Shown here in pieces: positions 41,889 through 52,314 of a stretch of 56,330 nucleotides of DNA; position 1 is the first letter of the stretch, and each line of letters starts with the position of its first letter. The position numbers and the translations under genes are program-made. Under the pieces are notes generated by a model, which saw nothing but the letters and a program-made list of their open reading frames with translations, was not told the DNA's origin and ran no database searches. Origin of the DNA: a candidate division CSSED10-310 bacterium (GTDB lineage Bacteria; CSSED10-310); the NCBI GenBank assembly GCA_003558985.1, contig PWNJ01000120.1, positions 1 through 56,330 on the forward strand. Direction: 5' to 3'.

Positions 41889-44033
41889 ATGTATCAACTG
41901 AAAAATCTGTTCGTTTTTTTTATTTCAATACTAGTAGCCGGAACAGTTGCAACGTGCGTGAATGCGGAAACCTTTTTTGCAAACGAATATGAATTTGTTT
42001 CAGAATTCGGTAGTCATGGCAGTGGTCCCGGTCAGTTTGGAACAGATTTGGGCCCCAGGGGCATTATTGTCAAAGACGGCATCATTTTTGTTGGAGACTA
42101 CGGCAACCAGAGAATACAAAAGTTCACTTTGTCTGGAGAGTATATTGACCACTGGTCATCGGGATATATGGCACAACTGGCAGAAAAAGACGGGTATTTG
42201 TTTCAACTGGCGCCGACCGGCTCGATTAAAAAATGGACACTTGAGGGTCTGGAGGTGGACTCGGTAACTTTTTCAATACCGGCATGGTCAGCAGGTATGA
42301 CCATGGACAGTGACAATAATCTTCAAGTCAGTATTGCCGTGAATAAACATGTTCGAAAATACAATACGGATTTGGATTTTTTAGGTGAATATTCAGTTCC
42401 CGAAGGGTGCGGGAATGACATTCATGGTTCGGCTGACGGTCATGTTTATTTTTCAACTGAAGAACAGGAGTTTGCCAAATACGCGAATGACGGTGAAGAT
42501 ACCGAATGGCGCCGTCCCCGTAATAATACCAGCTTGCTATACATCACCAGCGGCGGTGACTTTGCCGTACGTGATAATGATTTGCAGCAAATATTGTTTT
42601 ATGATTCTGAATGGAACCTGATAACAACTCTGGGAACACCCGGTGGGGGAAACAGTCCCGGCGATTTCGGATTTATTCGTGAAATCACGCTTGATGAAAA
42701 CGGGTATTTGTATGTCTCGGACGGCAACCCCAATTACAGAATTCAGATTTTTGCTCCAGCCGGTGAGCCTTCACCAACCCCAACAGCAGAACCAAATCAG
42801 GATTGCTGGCCGGTTACAAGTCAGACTCATGCATTGTACAAATTTGAAGAGAATGCCCTGGATGCGGGTCCCAATGAATTTCATGGCACAGCACATTCAG
42901 CACTCTGGTCACAGGACAGCGCTTGTGGAGATTATGCATATCAAAATCAAAGGACTATAAGTAATTACATAGAATTACCAGCAGATGTTTTAAACACAAT
43001 TGGTTCGAGTTGGGGTATTCGGGCTCATTTAAAGTTAACCGGACATGGAAACAATGGCAACGAGTTAACATTTTTGTGCTTTAAAAGTGGCATTAATTCT
43101 CATGCGGTTTCAATTGGCGAGAGTCCGGACTGGGTTGACTGCAGTTTTCTTACTTTACTCGATAATGAACACAGTCTGTGTATTGATGGCTTGACTACCG
43201 GTGTGTATTACGTTTACGAACTCCGCTATACAAACAATGATGGCTATGCAAGGGTTTTTCTTGACAATGTTCTACAGGATGAAGTTTTTATAGGTTACAA
43301 TCCTCTGACAACACACGATACGTTATATGTTGGTAAAGGTATGTTTGGAAATGAGAATCGTCCCTGGTGGGGCAGAATAGATCATCTTGAATTTCTGGAC
43401 ATTGATGAGACATCAACACCAACCCCGACACCGACAGATACACCGTCGCCAACAGACACACCAACTCCCGAACCCACAAACACACCAATACCCTCAGATA
43501 CACCCACTCCCGAACCAACCGTGACACCAACAGCGACCAATACTCCAACACATATTCCAACCAATACTCCGACATATACGCCAACCGAAACACCGATACC
43601 ACCAACCCCGACACCCGCTCCAACCCATTCACCTACTCCGACTTATCCGATTGAGCTGGCGCTTGATATGCCTTTGGATCACTATTACAAAGATGACGAA
43701 TTCTACCTGAACTGCCATATAACCCTTCATTCTGATACTCCAGTCTCCGGCCGGTTTTTTGTGCTGATGGAGGTCAACGGCCTGTATTACTATTATCCGT
43801 CCTGGAGACAATTCAACTGGTTTGATCTTTTCGATGATAATAAAGACGAATGGAGTATATCCATGACTGTTCTGGATGATACAACGGAGATTGTTCTGGA
43901 ATCATTCAAAATGCCCTTTTTCCCGTTTTCAATGACCGGCTGTCTGTTCATGACAACGTTCACGGATAAGGATGTGACGGACTTGATTGGCAATATCGAT
44001 ATTGTAGAATGGGGTTTCGGCGGCGTACCCTGA
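41889..44033 (+). CDS. Secreted protein: NHL/beta-propeller, LamG-like domain, Pro/Thr linker and conserved C-terminal domain
   Basis: RBS GAGGAGG; signal peptide; [25 protein letters not shown]...RIQIF; ALYKFEE..WGRIDHL; long PT tract. Confidence 0.82.
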   Translation: MYQLKNLFVFFISILVAGTVATCVNAETFFANEYEFVSEFGSHGSGPGQFGTDLGPRGIIVKDGIIFVGDYGNQRIQKFTLSGEYIDHWSSGYMAQLAEKDGYLFQLAPTGSIKKWTLEGLEVDSVTFSIPAWSAGMTMDSDNNLQVSIAVNKHVRKYNTDLDFLGEYSVPEGCGNDIHGSADGHVYFSTEEQEFAKYANDGEDTEWRRPRNNTSLLYITSGGDFAVRDNDLQQILFYDSEWNLITTLGTPGGGNSPGDFGFIREITLDENGYLYVSDGNPNYRIQIFAPAGEPSPTPTAEPNQDCWPVTSQTHALYKFEENALDAGPNEFHGTAHSALWSQDSACGDYAYQNQRTISNYIELPADVLNTIGSSWGIRAHLKLTGHGNNGNELTFLCFKSGINSHAVSIGESPDWVDCSFLTLLDNEHSLCIDGLTTGVYYVYELRYTNNDGYARVFLDNVLQDEVFIGYNPLTTHDTLYVGKGMFGNENRPWWGRIDHLEFLDIDETSTPTPTPTDTPSPTDTPTPEPTNTPIPSDTPTPEPTVTPTATNTPTHIPTNTPTYTPTETPIPPTPTPAPTHSPTPTYPIELALDMPLDHYYKDDEFYLNCHITLHSDTPVSGRFFVLMEVNGLYYYYPSWRQFNWFDLFDDNKDEWSISMTVLDDTTEIVLESFKMPFFPFSMTGCLFMTTFTDKDVTDLIGNIDIVEWGFGGVP

Positions 44034-44096
44034 TTTTTGGGGAATACCGCTTGTCATACTATTTGAAAACCCTGTCTGCAGTAAACAAAGGTATAT

Positions 44097-44855
44097 ATGC
44101 ATTCATTCGACACGTCCAACAGCAAATTTCCATGGTATCGTCAGTCTTTTGGTGATTTGTATCCAATAGTATATGCACATCGCAATTCAGAAGCTGCCGA
44201 TCGTGAAATACGATTGATGTCGCAATGGATTGGCCTGACTCCGGGTCATATCGTTCTGGATGCCTGTTGCGGTGACGGCCGACATTTACAGTCTTTGTTA
44301 CAGTTGGGCTGTGCTGGCTACGGTTTTGACCTGTCTTCTGAACTGGTTATCCGCGCACAATCCAATTCGGTCACACAAAACAGAGTTTGCCGGGCTGACA
44401 TACGAAACATACCCTTTGCTCCGGTTTTCGATTATGTGTTCAATCTTTTCACAAGTTTCGGTTATTTTTACGATGACCGTGAGAACCAGGCCGCATTGAA
44501 ACAAATGGTATCCTGTCTGAAACCCGAAGGAACATTGATACTGGACCATATGAACACCGGTCGTATTCGGCGGACACTGGTTGAAAAGTCTGAATCCCGA
44601 ACCGGTCAGTATCACATCGTTCAGCATAGGCGTTTTGTCGGCAATCGTGTGCAGAAACGGATAGAAATTCAAACGTCTGAAGACAGAACACACGTGTTTA
44701 ATGAAGATGTCCGAATGTTTTCACCGAACGAAATCATTCAACTGGCAGGCATTTGTGGTCTGATAGATATTTCACTCCACGGCAGTTTCTGTGGTAGCAC
44801 GTTTGATGAGAGCTCCGAACGAATGATTCTTAGGGCCCGGCGCCCTTGCCGCTGA
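44097..44855 (+). CDS. Class I SAM-dependent methyltransferase
   Basis: VLDACCGDGRH, FDLS, NLFTSFGYF, LKPEG. Confidence 0.88.
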   Translation: MHSFDTSNSKFPWYRQSFGDLYPIVYAHRNSEAADREIRLMSQWIGLTPGHIVLDACCGDGRHLQSLLQLGCAGYGFDLSSELVIRAQSNSVTQNRVCRADIRNIPFAPVFDYVFNLFTSFGYFYDDRENQAALKQMVSCLKPEGTLILDHMNTGRIRRTLVEKSESRTGQYHIVQHRRFVGNRVQKRIEIQTSEDRTHVFNEDVRMFSPNEIIQLAGICGLIDISLHGSFCGSTFDESSERMILRARRPCR

Positions 44856-45807
44856 CCGGCACGCCCCGCGTGGCCTGTTTCTGAGTTATTTTGCTGTTTG
44901 CAGGCACGCTTTTGGTGAGCCATACATTTCCACCGATAACAGAACCGGTTCCAATTGTAATTCGCCCCAGCAATGTAGCTCCGGAATAAACAACCACGTT
45001 GTCTTCAATAACAGGATGCCGGTCAATACCCTTCACCGGTTTGCCGTCCTTGTCCAGAGGAAACTTCAAAGCTCCCAGAGTAACTCCCTGAAACAGTCGG
45101 ACATGACTGCCGATTTTGCAGGTTTCACCAATAACAATTCCGGTACCGTGATCCATGAAGAAGTGATCCTCAATTTCAGCTCCCGGATGAATATCTATTC
45201 CTGTAATACTGTGAGCGTGTTCAGAAATTATACGGGGAATCAGCGGTACTTTCAGTTTGTATAACTCATGCGCAATACGATGATTGGTTATAGCCAGTAA
45301 CCCCGGATAACAGAAAATAACCTCATCAGGGGACATTGCAGCCGGGTCCCCTTCATAGGCCGCCTGAACATCCGTGATCAGATAACGCCGAATATGTGGC
45401 AGGCGCACCAGCAGTTTCTCTACAACACTTTTTGCCCTGTTAATACAATCATCCCGCAACACACAGCATTTATCATTCGGGCATTCAAAACAGTATCCCC
45501 GGGCAATCTGATCTTCCATCAGGTTCCGTGTCTGATCAAGAATCGTACCCATGTAATACGGCAGAGTTTCATCGGTCAGATCGGTAGGGCCAAAGTATCC
45601 CGGAAACAGCGCCATACGAATGTTTTCAACAATTTCAATGACGCGACTTCGGGATGGAGCCAGATGACGGGTCGGTTTACGACGCAAACGTGCCATCTTC
45701 CCGGTTGCCGCAGAACACAGATCGTAAACTACAGATGTGACAAGTCCATCATCCGCAGATGTGAATGATGCGCTTTTATGCTTGTTTAAACCCTTTGAAA
45801 AAGTCAT
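44830..45807 (-). CDS. cysE: Serine O-acetyltransferase (CysE/EpsC type)
   Basis: GDPAA, YPG..A...HRIAH, TGIDIHPGA, DHGTG.VIGET, QGVTLG, RHP. Confidence 0.9.
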   Translation of the reverse strand: MTFSKGLNKHKSASFTSADDGLVTSVVYDLCSAATGKMARLRRKPTRHLAPSRSRVIEIVENIRMALFPGYFGPTDLTDETLPYYMGTILDQTRNLMEDQIARGYCFECPNDKCCVLRDDCINRAKSVVEKLLVRLPHIRRYLITDVQAAYEGDPAAMSPDEVIFCYPGLLAITNHRIAHELYKLKVPLIPRIISEHAHSITGIDIHPGAEIEDHFFMDHGTGIVIGETCKIGSHVRLFQGVTLGALKFPLDKDGKPVKGIDRHPVIEDNVVVYSGATLLGRITIGTGSVIGGNVWLTKSVPANSKITQKQATRGVPVSGKGAGP

Positions 45808-46000
45808 ATAAAACTCCTGTTATGCGTGCAGAACAAAACGTATTTTAAGCTGGTCATCGAACACCATTACCCGCGTTCGAAAACACCCTTGAAAAATACA
45901 TGGATTTCAGGATTCAATCAAGCAACGCTGACAGCCGCGATCAATATGCTTCTTCTGTTGCGATAAACATCTTTGTTCCCGGACGTAGAAGTTCTTTTTT

Positions 46001-46837
46001 TTACAGTATTTTGTACCAGACATTCATGCTTTCTAGACTGCCGCTGATCTGAGTGTTGTTTCGCAGAGTGCCGCCATATTGATACCGGCATTTTCCAAAT
46101 GTGCAGTTCATGCCGAAACTGAGCGCTCTGGCAATCGTGTAAAGACACCGGCATCCTCCATCTCTTACAGCGCTTTCCATGTGATCCAGCAGCGCTGTTG
46201 CCAGACCGCGACCGCGGCAGGCAGGCAAAGTTGCAAAATCGGTCATTTCAGCGTGCATGGCTGCATCGTCCCGTTCGGCGGATGCAAGAGCGATCAGGTG
46301 ATTGTTTTCCCATATTCCGAAATAATCGATGTTCGTTTTCATGGTTTGTATAAGATATTCCGGTTCATGAATGGGAAACGGATACGATTCAAACACGCCA
46401 CGGTACACTCGGGCTGCATCAATCGCATCATCCGGAGTCAGTTGGCGCAACTGGCATGAATCCGGAACATTTGTTTCATTCAGATCATCGCGTTTCTCAA
46501 GCGCTTTTCGCACCACTTTCCTGACAGCAGTCTGATCAATCCGTCGTCTGCCGGGTTCAGGATAAAATGCCATAAATAAACCGGTTTCTTCACCGCGAAA
46601 CAGTCCTGGCGCCAACGCTTCAATCTCGTATCCGGCAGCCAGAAAAGGTTCCATCAGCGATACCGGTATTTTTGCAAATACTTTGCTGTATTTTTCGGAC
46701 GTTAGCAACTCCTCTGTTCTGTCCAGTATTGCATCACGATCATTCTTTGCAATTTTCATCAGATATACGCGATCGTTGGCTTTGCCGTGCTGTATCAGAC
46801 TGTTGCCAACGGTTTCAAAAACATCAAATTCAGACAT
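46001..46837 (-). CDS. ablB: Beta-lysine N-acetyltransferase (GNAT)
   Basis: HG..NDRVYLMK, VFESYPFPI, EMTDFATLP..RG.GLA, YTIARA.SFGMN, ESMNVWYK; directly downstream of the aminomutase. Confidence 0.9.
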   Translation of the reverse strand: MSEFDVFETVGNSLIQHGKANDRVYLMKIAKNDRDAILDRTEELLTSEKYSKVFAKIPVSLMEPFLAAGYEIEALAPGLFRGEETGLFMAFYPEPGRRRIDQTAVRKVVRKALEKRDDLNETNVPDSCQLRQLTPDDAIDAARVYRGVFESYPFPIHEPEYLIQTMKTNIDYFGIWENNHLIALASAERDDAAMHAEMTDFATLPACRGRGLATALLDHMESAVRDGGCRCLYTIARALSFGMNCTFGKCRYQYGGTLRNNTQISGSLESMNVWYKIL

Positions 46838-46925
46838 AGTCTATCCTCATATCGTTTCACAACCGAACACCCGATGTCTGTCTGACTGACGAATGCTCAG
46901 ATCGTTATTTTTACACATCGTTATG

Positions 46926-48230
46926 TTACCGTCTGTTTATGCGCTCGTTGTTTTCCGGAATTAGAGCAATCGCTTTGCTGTGATCAGCCAGCAACTGTGA
47001 AATACCCACTGAGCGTGTTTCTGCTGAAGAATCCAGTTTCAACTGAAGCTTGCAGGAAGCACAATTTCTGTCGCAAAACCATGCCTCATATGAATCCGGT
47101 TCCTTGTAAGTGCAAATAACGCCTTCATAATTCCGCAGCACAACTTTATTGGTTGACCACGAGATAATATAGTTCGGCATGACTGGAATTTTGCCGCCAC
47201 CACCGGGCGCATCAATAACATACGTCGGGACAGCCAGTCCGCTGGTATGACCGATCAGATTTTCAAGGATTTCAATGCCCTTTCCAACAGGCGTTCGAAA
47301 ATGACCAAGTCCCTCCGACAAATCACACTGATACAGATAATAAGGACGCACTCTGTTTTTAACCAGTTTATGCACCAGCGCTTTCATAATTCGGGGACAA
47401 TCATTTACACCAGCCAGCAACACAGACTGGTTACCCAATGGAATGCCTGCATTAGCCAGTCTTGCCAACGCCTTTTCGGATGACTGGGTAAACTCACGCG
47501 GATGATTGAAATGAGTGTTGATCCACAGTGGATGATATTTTTTCAGGACATTAACCAGGTCTTCCGTAATACGGTATGGCAAAACCACAGGCATACGTGT
47601 GCCGATACGGATTATTTCAACATGGGGTATCTCTCTGATTTTACCAAGCAGCCAGTCCAGCCGCTTGTCAGATAACATCAGCGGATCACCACCGGATACA
47701 AGGACGTCCCGAATGACCGGATTCGCCCTGATGTATTCAATCCCTTTCATCATATCTTCTTTTTCCGGAATGAAATCAACATCACCGACCTTGCGTTTCC
47801 GGGTGCAGTGTCTGCAATACATCGAACAATAATTACTGACAAGAAACAATACGCGGTCAGGATATCTGTGTGTTATACCGGTCACCGGACTGTCGGCATC
47901 TTCCGATAGTGGATCAATCATATCGCATCGCGATACATCCATTTCATGCACTGACGGAAATGCCTGCCGCCAAACCGGATCATTGTCCCTGTCTTCCGGA
48001 TGAATCAGCGATAAATAATACGGTGTTATCGCCATCGGAAACATTTCAAGGGTTTTCTCAAGTTCCCGGCGTTCTGTTTCTGAAAATTTAACACCGAGCA
48101 ACTCTTCAAAATCATCTATTTTATGAATGTTATGACTCAACTGCCATCGCCAGTCAAACCATTTTTCGTGCGTTTCATCCGACCGTTTCCAGTCATCCAG
48201 TTTTTTAGGTTTATCTGTAATAACAATCAT
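46926..48230 (-). CDS. ablA: Lysine 2,3-aminomutase (radical SAM/PLP)
   Basis: [20 protein letters not shown] (CxxxCxxC), [14 protein letters not shown] (PLP Lys), C-terminal CDRNCASC. Confidence 0.95.
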   Translation of the reverse strand: MIVITDKPKKLDDWKRSDETHEKWFDWRWQLSHNIHKIDDFEELLGVKFSETERRELEKTLEMFPMAITPYYLSLIHPEDRDNDPVWRQAFPSVHEMDVSRCDMIDPLSEDADSPVTGITHRYPDRVLFLVSNYCSMYCRHCTRKRKVGDVDFIPEKEDMMKGIEYIRANPVIRDVLVSGGDPLMLSDKRLDWLLGKIREIPHVEIIRIGTRMPVVLPYRITEDLVNVLKKYHPLWINTHFNHPREFTQSSEKALARLANAGIPLGNQSVLLAGVNDCPRIMKALVHKLVKNRVRPYYLYQCDLSEGLGHFRTPVGKGIEILENLIGHTSGLAVPTYVIDAPGGGGKIPVMPNYIISWSTNKVVLRNYEGVICTYKEPDSYEAWFCDRNCASCKLQLKLDSSAETRSVGISQLLADHSKAIALIPENNERINRR

Positions 48231-48786
48231 TGTGATACCTCTTTGTTTTCAGGACATATGTTTAATTGATAATGACCGTGAACCCCGCCGGTGGTTTGAG
48301 TGTCACCATACCTTTCATCCTGTGAACGGGTTCGACGTGTTTCCGGCTCCGTCTTTTCCATTAGAGCGGCCACTTTCTGCAGCGATGCCAGTATTTGCGA
48401 CTGCTCCCAGTCCGGCAACTGTCCAAACGCAGAAACAAACCGGTCCTGCAAAGGCGCCGGCGCTCGATTCAACGCTTCGTGTCCAGACACAGTCAACCGA
48501 ACAAGAACTCTTCGTTTGTCACGGTCACAACGTGATCTGACTATCCATCCTCGCGCTTCCAGACGGTCCAGAATACCAGTCAAAGTCGCCTGACCGAATG
48601 TCGCCCGGCGAGCCAACTCACCGGCTGTCATTCCGTAACCCGGGACAACTCCCGTAAAATAAGCAGTTGAGGTGTCGTAATACCCTGGCGCTGAACCAGC
48701 ATATGTGAATGCAGATCATGAGCCCGAATAATGCGGCGCAAAACCGTTATTACCTGCTCAAAAGTATGTGTACTAAAATCTGACAT
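48227..48786 (-). pseudogene. EctR-like MarR regulator with a 1-nt frameshift near 48630-48642 (pseudogene or sequencing error)
   Basis: RBS AGGGAGG and ATG 48786 give MSDF...LRRIIRAHDLHS..LVQRQGITTPQLLILREL..., stopping at 48628; homology continues in another frame as MTAGELA...TLTGILDRLEARG...DKRRV. Confidence 0.85.
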
Positions 48787-48818
48787 TGACAAACCTCCCT
48801 GTCAATCATTTTAAGTTC

Positions 48819-48884
48819 AAAATATTATATTCACTGACAAATGTCAACTCTATAAGGAATATTCAGTATAAATACTTTATATTC
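48819..48884 (-). promoter_or_regulatory. Putative promoter and operator palindromes of the marR-ablAB operon
   Basis: TTGACA (48847-48842), 17 bp, TATTTT; imperfect palindrome GAATATTCAGTA-N4-TACTTTATATTC at 48857-48884; TGACA-AA-TGTCA over the -35. Confidence 0.5.
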
Positions 48885-50541
48885 AAAGCAAATTCAGCCG
48901 TGCCGCAACCGGCATTCTGCGTCCGGCGCCAAACGCTTTTGACGTCACCTTTAAACCAGGCGCTGCCTGACGTCGTTTATATTCATTCCGGTCAACCGTT
49001 GCGGTGACCCATCGCACGGTATCAGGATCATACCCTTTTTCTGATATGTCATTTGCTGACAAGCCTTCATCAATATAGAGCGCCAGAATCGCATCCAGTG
49101 TTTCATACGGCGGCAATGTATCCTGATCAGTTTGATTACTTCGCAGTTCGGCCGACGGTGGCTTGTCAAGTATCGCCCGGGGTATGACTTCATCGATTCG
49201 GTTTATATGCCTGGCAAGTTTGTAAACCCACGTTTTCGGAACATCCGACAATACACTCAAACCACCGCTCATATCTCCGTAGAGCGTACAGTATCCAACC
49301 GCCACCTCACTTTTATTGCCGGTTGTCAGCACCATTGCACCGTTTTTATTTGACATCGCCATCAGTAAATTGCCCCGGACACGCGCCTGAATGTTTTCTT
49401 CAGCAACACCAAAAGGCGTGTTTTGAAATTGCGGTTCAAGCGACTTCAAAAACGACTCATATATGTTCGTAATACTGATTATATGACACGATATATTCAG
49501 GTTTTGGGCCAGCTTGAGCGAGTCGGATACACTTCCTTCCGAAGAGTATGGCCCGGGCATTGTGATTCCGGTAACATTTTCCGGGCCGAGCGCCTGAACA
49601 GCCAGAACAGCCACGAGCGCTGAATCGATACCTCCGGATAAACCGATCAACACCTTTTCAAACCCGCATTTTCGGACATAATCCTTTAACCCCAGAACCA
49701 GCGCCTGACACATGTTTTCCGCTGTGTCATCGTCTGAAAAGCTGTCTGATGCAACATCTGAATCGATTCCCTGAGCGGTATCAATTGCCTTAACCATCGT
49801 CTGAAATGCCGGCATTTGCATCAAAATATGTCCAGATGAAGAAGCCACCATTGACCGTCCATCAAAAATTAACTCGTCATTACCTCCAACCTGATTGACA
49901 AACACAAACGGTACTGAATGCTTGCCTGCATGACCACAAATCAATTGCCGACGTATTTTTTCTTTCTCAAGATGATACGGCGAAGCTGATATATTAATCA
50001 TTATAGTTGCGCCCTGCTGCGCCAACTCATCGATCGGATCATGATCATACATCTGTCGATGCCATAGCGACGGATCGTTCCAGGCATCCTCACATACAGA
50101 TAACCCCGGTTTTTCACCCCTGAAACTGATAATCTGATGTCTGTCCCCCGAATCAAAATAGCGTTCTTCATCAAAAACATCATAAGCAGGCAACAACCGT
50201 TTGTTTTGTTGAAGCAGGATTTGTCCCTGATGAATCAGCAATGCTGAATTATACAATCCCTTACCGTCTGAACGATGTGTCGGAACCGGGGCTCCGACGA
50301 CTATTCCTGCATTCAAGGATTCACTTTCACGCAATAAAAACTGTATTGCTTCACCTGCCGATCGGACAAACCATGCCCGCTCAAGAAGGTCACGCGGCGG
50401 ATAACCGGTTATACACAGCTCCGGAAATACAAACAGATCGGGATCACTATCTTTACCAGAGACTATTACATTGCATATTTTCTGAAGATTACCCCGGATA
50501 TCTCCGATAACCGGATTGATCTGACCGATAATGATTCGCAT
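48883..50541 (-). CDS. nadE: Glutamine-dependent NAD+ synthetase
   Basis: Nitrilase triad FPEL / NKRLLP / VCED; SGGIDS, ENIQAR.RG, TGNKSE, PPSAEL; start 50541 after RBS AAAGGAG. Confidence 0.95.
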   Translation of the reverse strand: MRIIIGQINPVIGDIRGNLQKICNVIVSGKDSDPDLFVFPELCITGYPPRDLLERAWFVRSAGEAIQFLLRESESLNAGIVVGAPVPTHRSDGKGLYNSALLIHQGQILLQQNKRLLPAYDVFDEERYFDSGDRHQIISFRGEKPGLSVCEDAWNDPSLWHRQMYDHDPIDELAQQGATIMINISASPYHLEKEKIRRQLICGHAGKHSVPFVFVNQVGGNDELIFDGRSMVASSSGHILMQMPAFQTMVKAIDTAQGIDSDVASDSFSDDDTAENMCQALVLGLKDYVRKCGFEKVLIGLSGGIDSALVAVLAVQALGPENVTGITMPGPYSSEGSVSDSLKLAQNLNISCHIISITNIYESFLKSLEPQFQNTPFGVAEENIQARVRGNLLMAMSNKNGAMVLTTGNKSEVAVGYCTLYGDMSGGLSVLSDVPKTWVYKLARHINRIDEVIPRAILDKPPSAELRSNQTDQDTLPPYETLDAILALYIDEGLSANDISEKGYDPDTVRWVTATVDRNEYKRRQAAPGLKVTSKAFGAGRRMPVAARLNLL

Positions 50542-50724
50542 CAGGCCACGCTCCTTTCCATTATCCCAATCAACCACCAATTCATGTTAACAGCTATCAG
50601 ATACGATTCGGCTGTCGCGATTTTTTTGAATAACACGTTTGTCACATCCGTATCATTCATTGGATATTATAGAGGGAATTTCACGGAACGTAACCCTGTT
50701 TGGCAACCAAGGAGAAAAAAAGCA

Positions 50725-52146
50725 ATGAAAAAGTTACCGTTGATGTTGATTGTTTTAGGTCTGATGCTTGTTATAGCGCCGTGCCGCGGTGACAGCTCTG
50801 CCGAAAGCCTTTTAAGACCCGGGCACTGGATCGGCGATATTGCTGTGCCCGGCGGAACTCTGAAAATTGTCTTTAACATCGAGTTTGACGGAGGAACGTT
50901 TACCGGAACATGTGACAGTCCGGATCAGGGTGTGACAGGCCTTGAAATCGGCTCAATTACTGTAACGGACAACAAGGTTGAACTTACGGTTCCAATAGTT
51001 ATGGGATGGTTTGAAGGTGAGCTTCAGCCATGCGGAACAATTATCACCGGCAAATGGCATCAGGGTGGCATGGCAATGGAGTGTGAGGTCACGCTTTCCG
51101 ATACTCCCTACGCTGTAAATCGACCCCAGCATCCTGAGCCACCGTTTCCCTATATCGCCCGTGATGTAACATTTCCCAACCCCGACGCAAACATAACACT
51201 TGCCGGAACACTGACCATTCCCGAAGGTGAGGGGCCTTTTCCTGCCGCCGTTCTGATTGCCGGTTCGGGACCGCATGACCGCGATGAAACTGTTTTAGGA
51301 CACAAACCATTTCTGGTGTTGAGCGATCATTTGACGCGAAACAATATCGCTGTTTTACGGTATGACAAACGCGGCATTGGCGGCAGCGAAGGAAACTACA
51401 TGAAAGCCACATCCGAAGATTTTGCATCTGACGCTTACGCCGCGTTGACATATCTGAAAACACAGGACTTCATCCAGCAGAATCTTGCCGGTCTTGTAGG
51501 TCATAGCGAAGGCGGTCTGATAGCGCCGATGGTGGCCGCGAAATATCCCGATCAGGTCGGTTTTGTTGTTCTGCTGGCTGCGCCTGGCGTTCCCGGACAT
51601 GAATTGCTGCTTCTGCAATCGGAAAAGATACTTGAATTTTCCGGAGAGTCCGAAGAGTCCATTCAAAAATCACTGAAACTGCAACTTGAACTGTACAGAA
51701 CGGTGTTGGAAGAATCAAACCCCGATAAAGCAGCGAAACGTATTGAAGAAGCAATACATCGCGTATATGCAGACCTCGATGACGACGACAAATCGGGAAG
51801 TATGACGGAAGAACAACTGATAAAGACATCTATGGCATTCAATACTCCCTGGTTCAGGTATTTTCTTAGATTTAATCCACAGACCGTGTTACCAAACACC
51901 CTTTGTCCGGTACTGGCCATCTGGGGAAGCAAAGATATTCAGGTTATTCCGGAACAGAATCTTCCGCCCATGGCACGCGCGCTGGCTGATGCAGGCAATC
52001 CGAATATCACACTCCGGGTTTTTCCGGATTTAAACCATCTGTTTCAAACCGCTGAAACCGGGAATATAACCGAATACGCTCAGATTGAGGAAACCTTTTC
52101 GCCAATAGCGCTCCATGTCATCAGCGAATGGATAAACAAATTGTAA
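50725..52146 (+). CDS. Exported alpha/beta-hydrolase with N-terminal beta domain
   Basis: RBS AAGGAG; signal peptide; GSGPHDRDE, RYDKRG, nucleophile GHSEG, KDIQV, LNHLFQ. Confidence 0.88.
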   Translation: MKKLPLMLIVLGLMLVIAPCRGDSSAESLLRPGHWIGDIAVPGGTLKIVFNIEFDGGTFTGTCDSPDQGVTGLEIGSITVTDNKVELTVPIVMGWFEGELQPCGTIITGKWHQGGMAMECEVTLSDTPYAVNRPQHPEPPFPYIARDVTFPNPDANITLAGTLTIPEGEGPFPAAVLIAGSGPHDRDETVLGHKPFLVLSDHLTRNNIAVLRYDKRGIGGSEGNYMKATSEDFASDAYAALTYLKTQDFIQQNLAGLVGHSEGGLIAPMVAAKYPDQVGFVVLLAAPGVPGHELLLLQSEKILEFSGESEESIQKSLKLQLELYRTVLEESNPDKAAKRIEEAIHRVYADLDDDDKSGSMTEEQLIKTSMAFNTPWFRYFLRFNPQTVLPNTLCPVLAIWGSKDIQVIPEQNLPPMARALADAGNPNITLRVFPDLNHLFQTAETGNITEYAQIEETFSPIALHVISEWINKL

Positions 52147-52203
52147 CTAATCAAAATACCTGAATCAGCTATATAAAACATTAATCATATTGAATAGTTC
52201 ATC

Positions 52204-52230
52204 AAAGGCGTTTCGACTTGAAACGCCTTT
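52204..52230. terminator. Hairpin, probable intrinsic terminator
   Basis: Perfect 11-bp stem AAAGGCGTTTC-N5-GAAACGCCTTT. Confidence 0.7.
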
Positions 52231-52249
52231 ATCGTAGGAGCAATTTTCT

Positions 52250-52278
52250 TTGACATAGTTAACTAATACAAATATTAT
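52250..52278 (+). promoter_or_regulatory. Sigma70-type promoter
   Basis: TTGACA, 17 bp, TATTAT upstream of RBS GGAGG. Confidence 0.65.
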
Positions 52279-52314
52279 AACCATTCTATTGTAGATCAGG
52301 AAATGGAGGTCAAA

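Noticed and set aside
45808-46000. T-box or SAM riboswitch upstream of cysE
   Set aside because: No T-box or S-box consensus is visible, only a short TCGAAC/GTTCGA hairpin
46926-48230. EF-P modification enzyme EpmB or lysine-fermentation KamA
   Set aside because: The adjacent AblB-type acetyltransferase and the absence of efp/epmA or kamDE point to AblA
48628-48630. TGA in the MarR gene as selenocysteine or read-through
   Set aside because: In-frame continuation is not MarR-like; homology resumes only in a shifted frame
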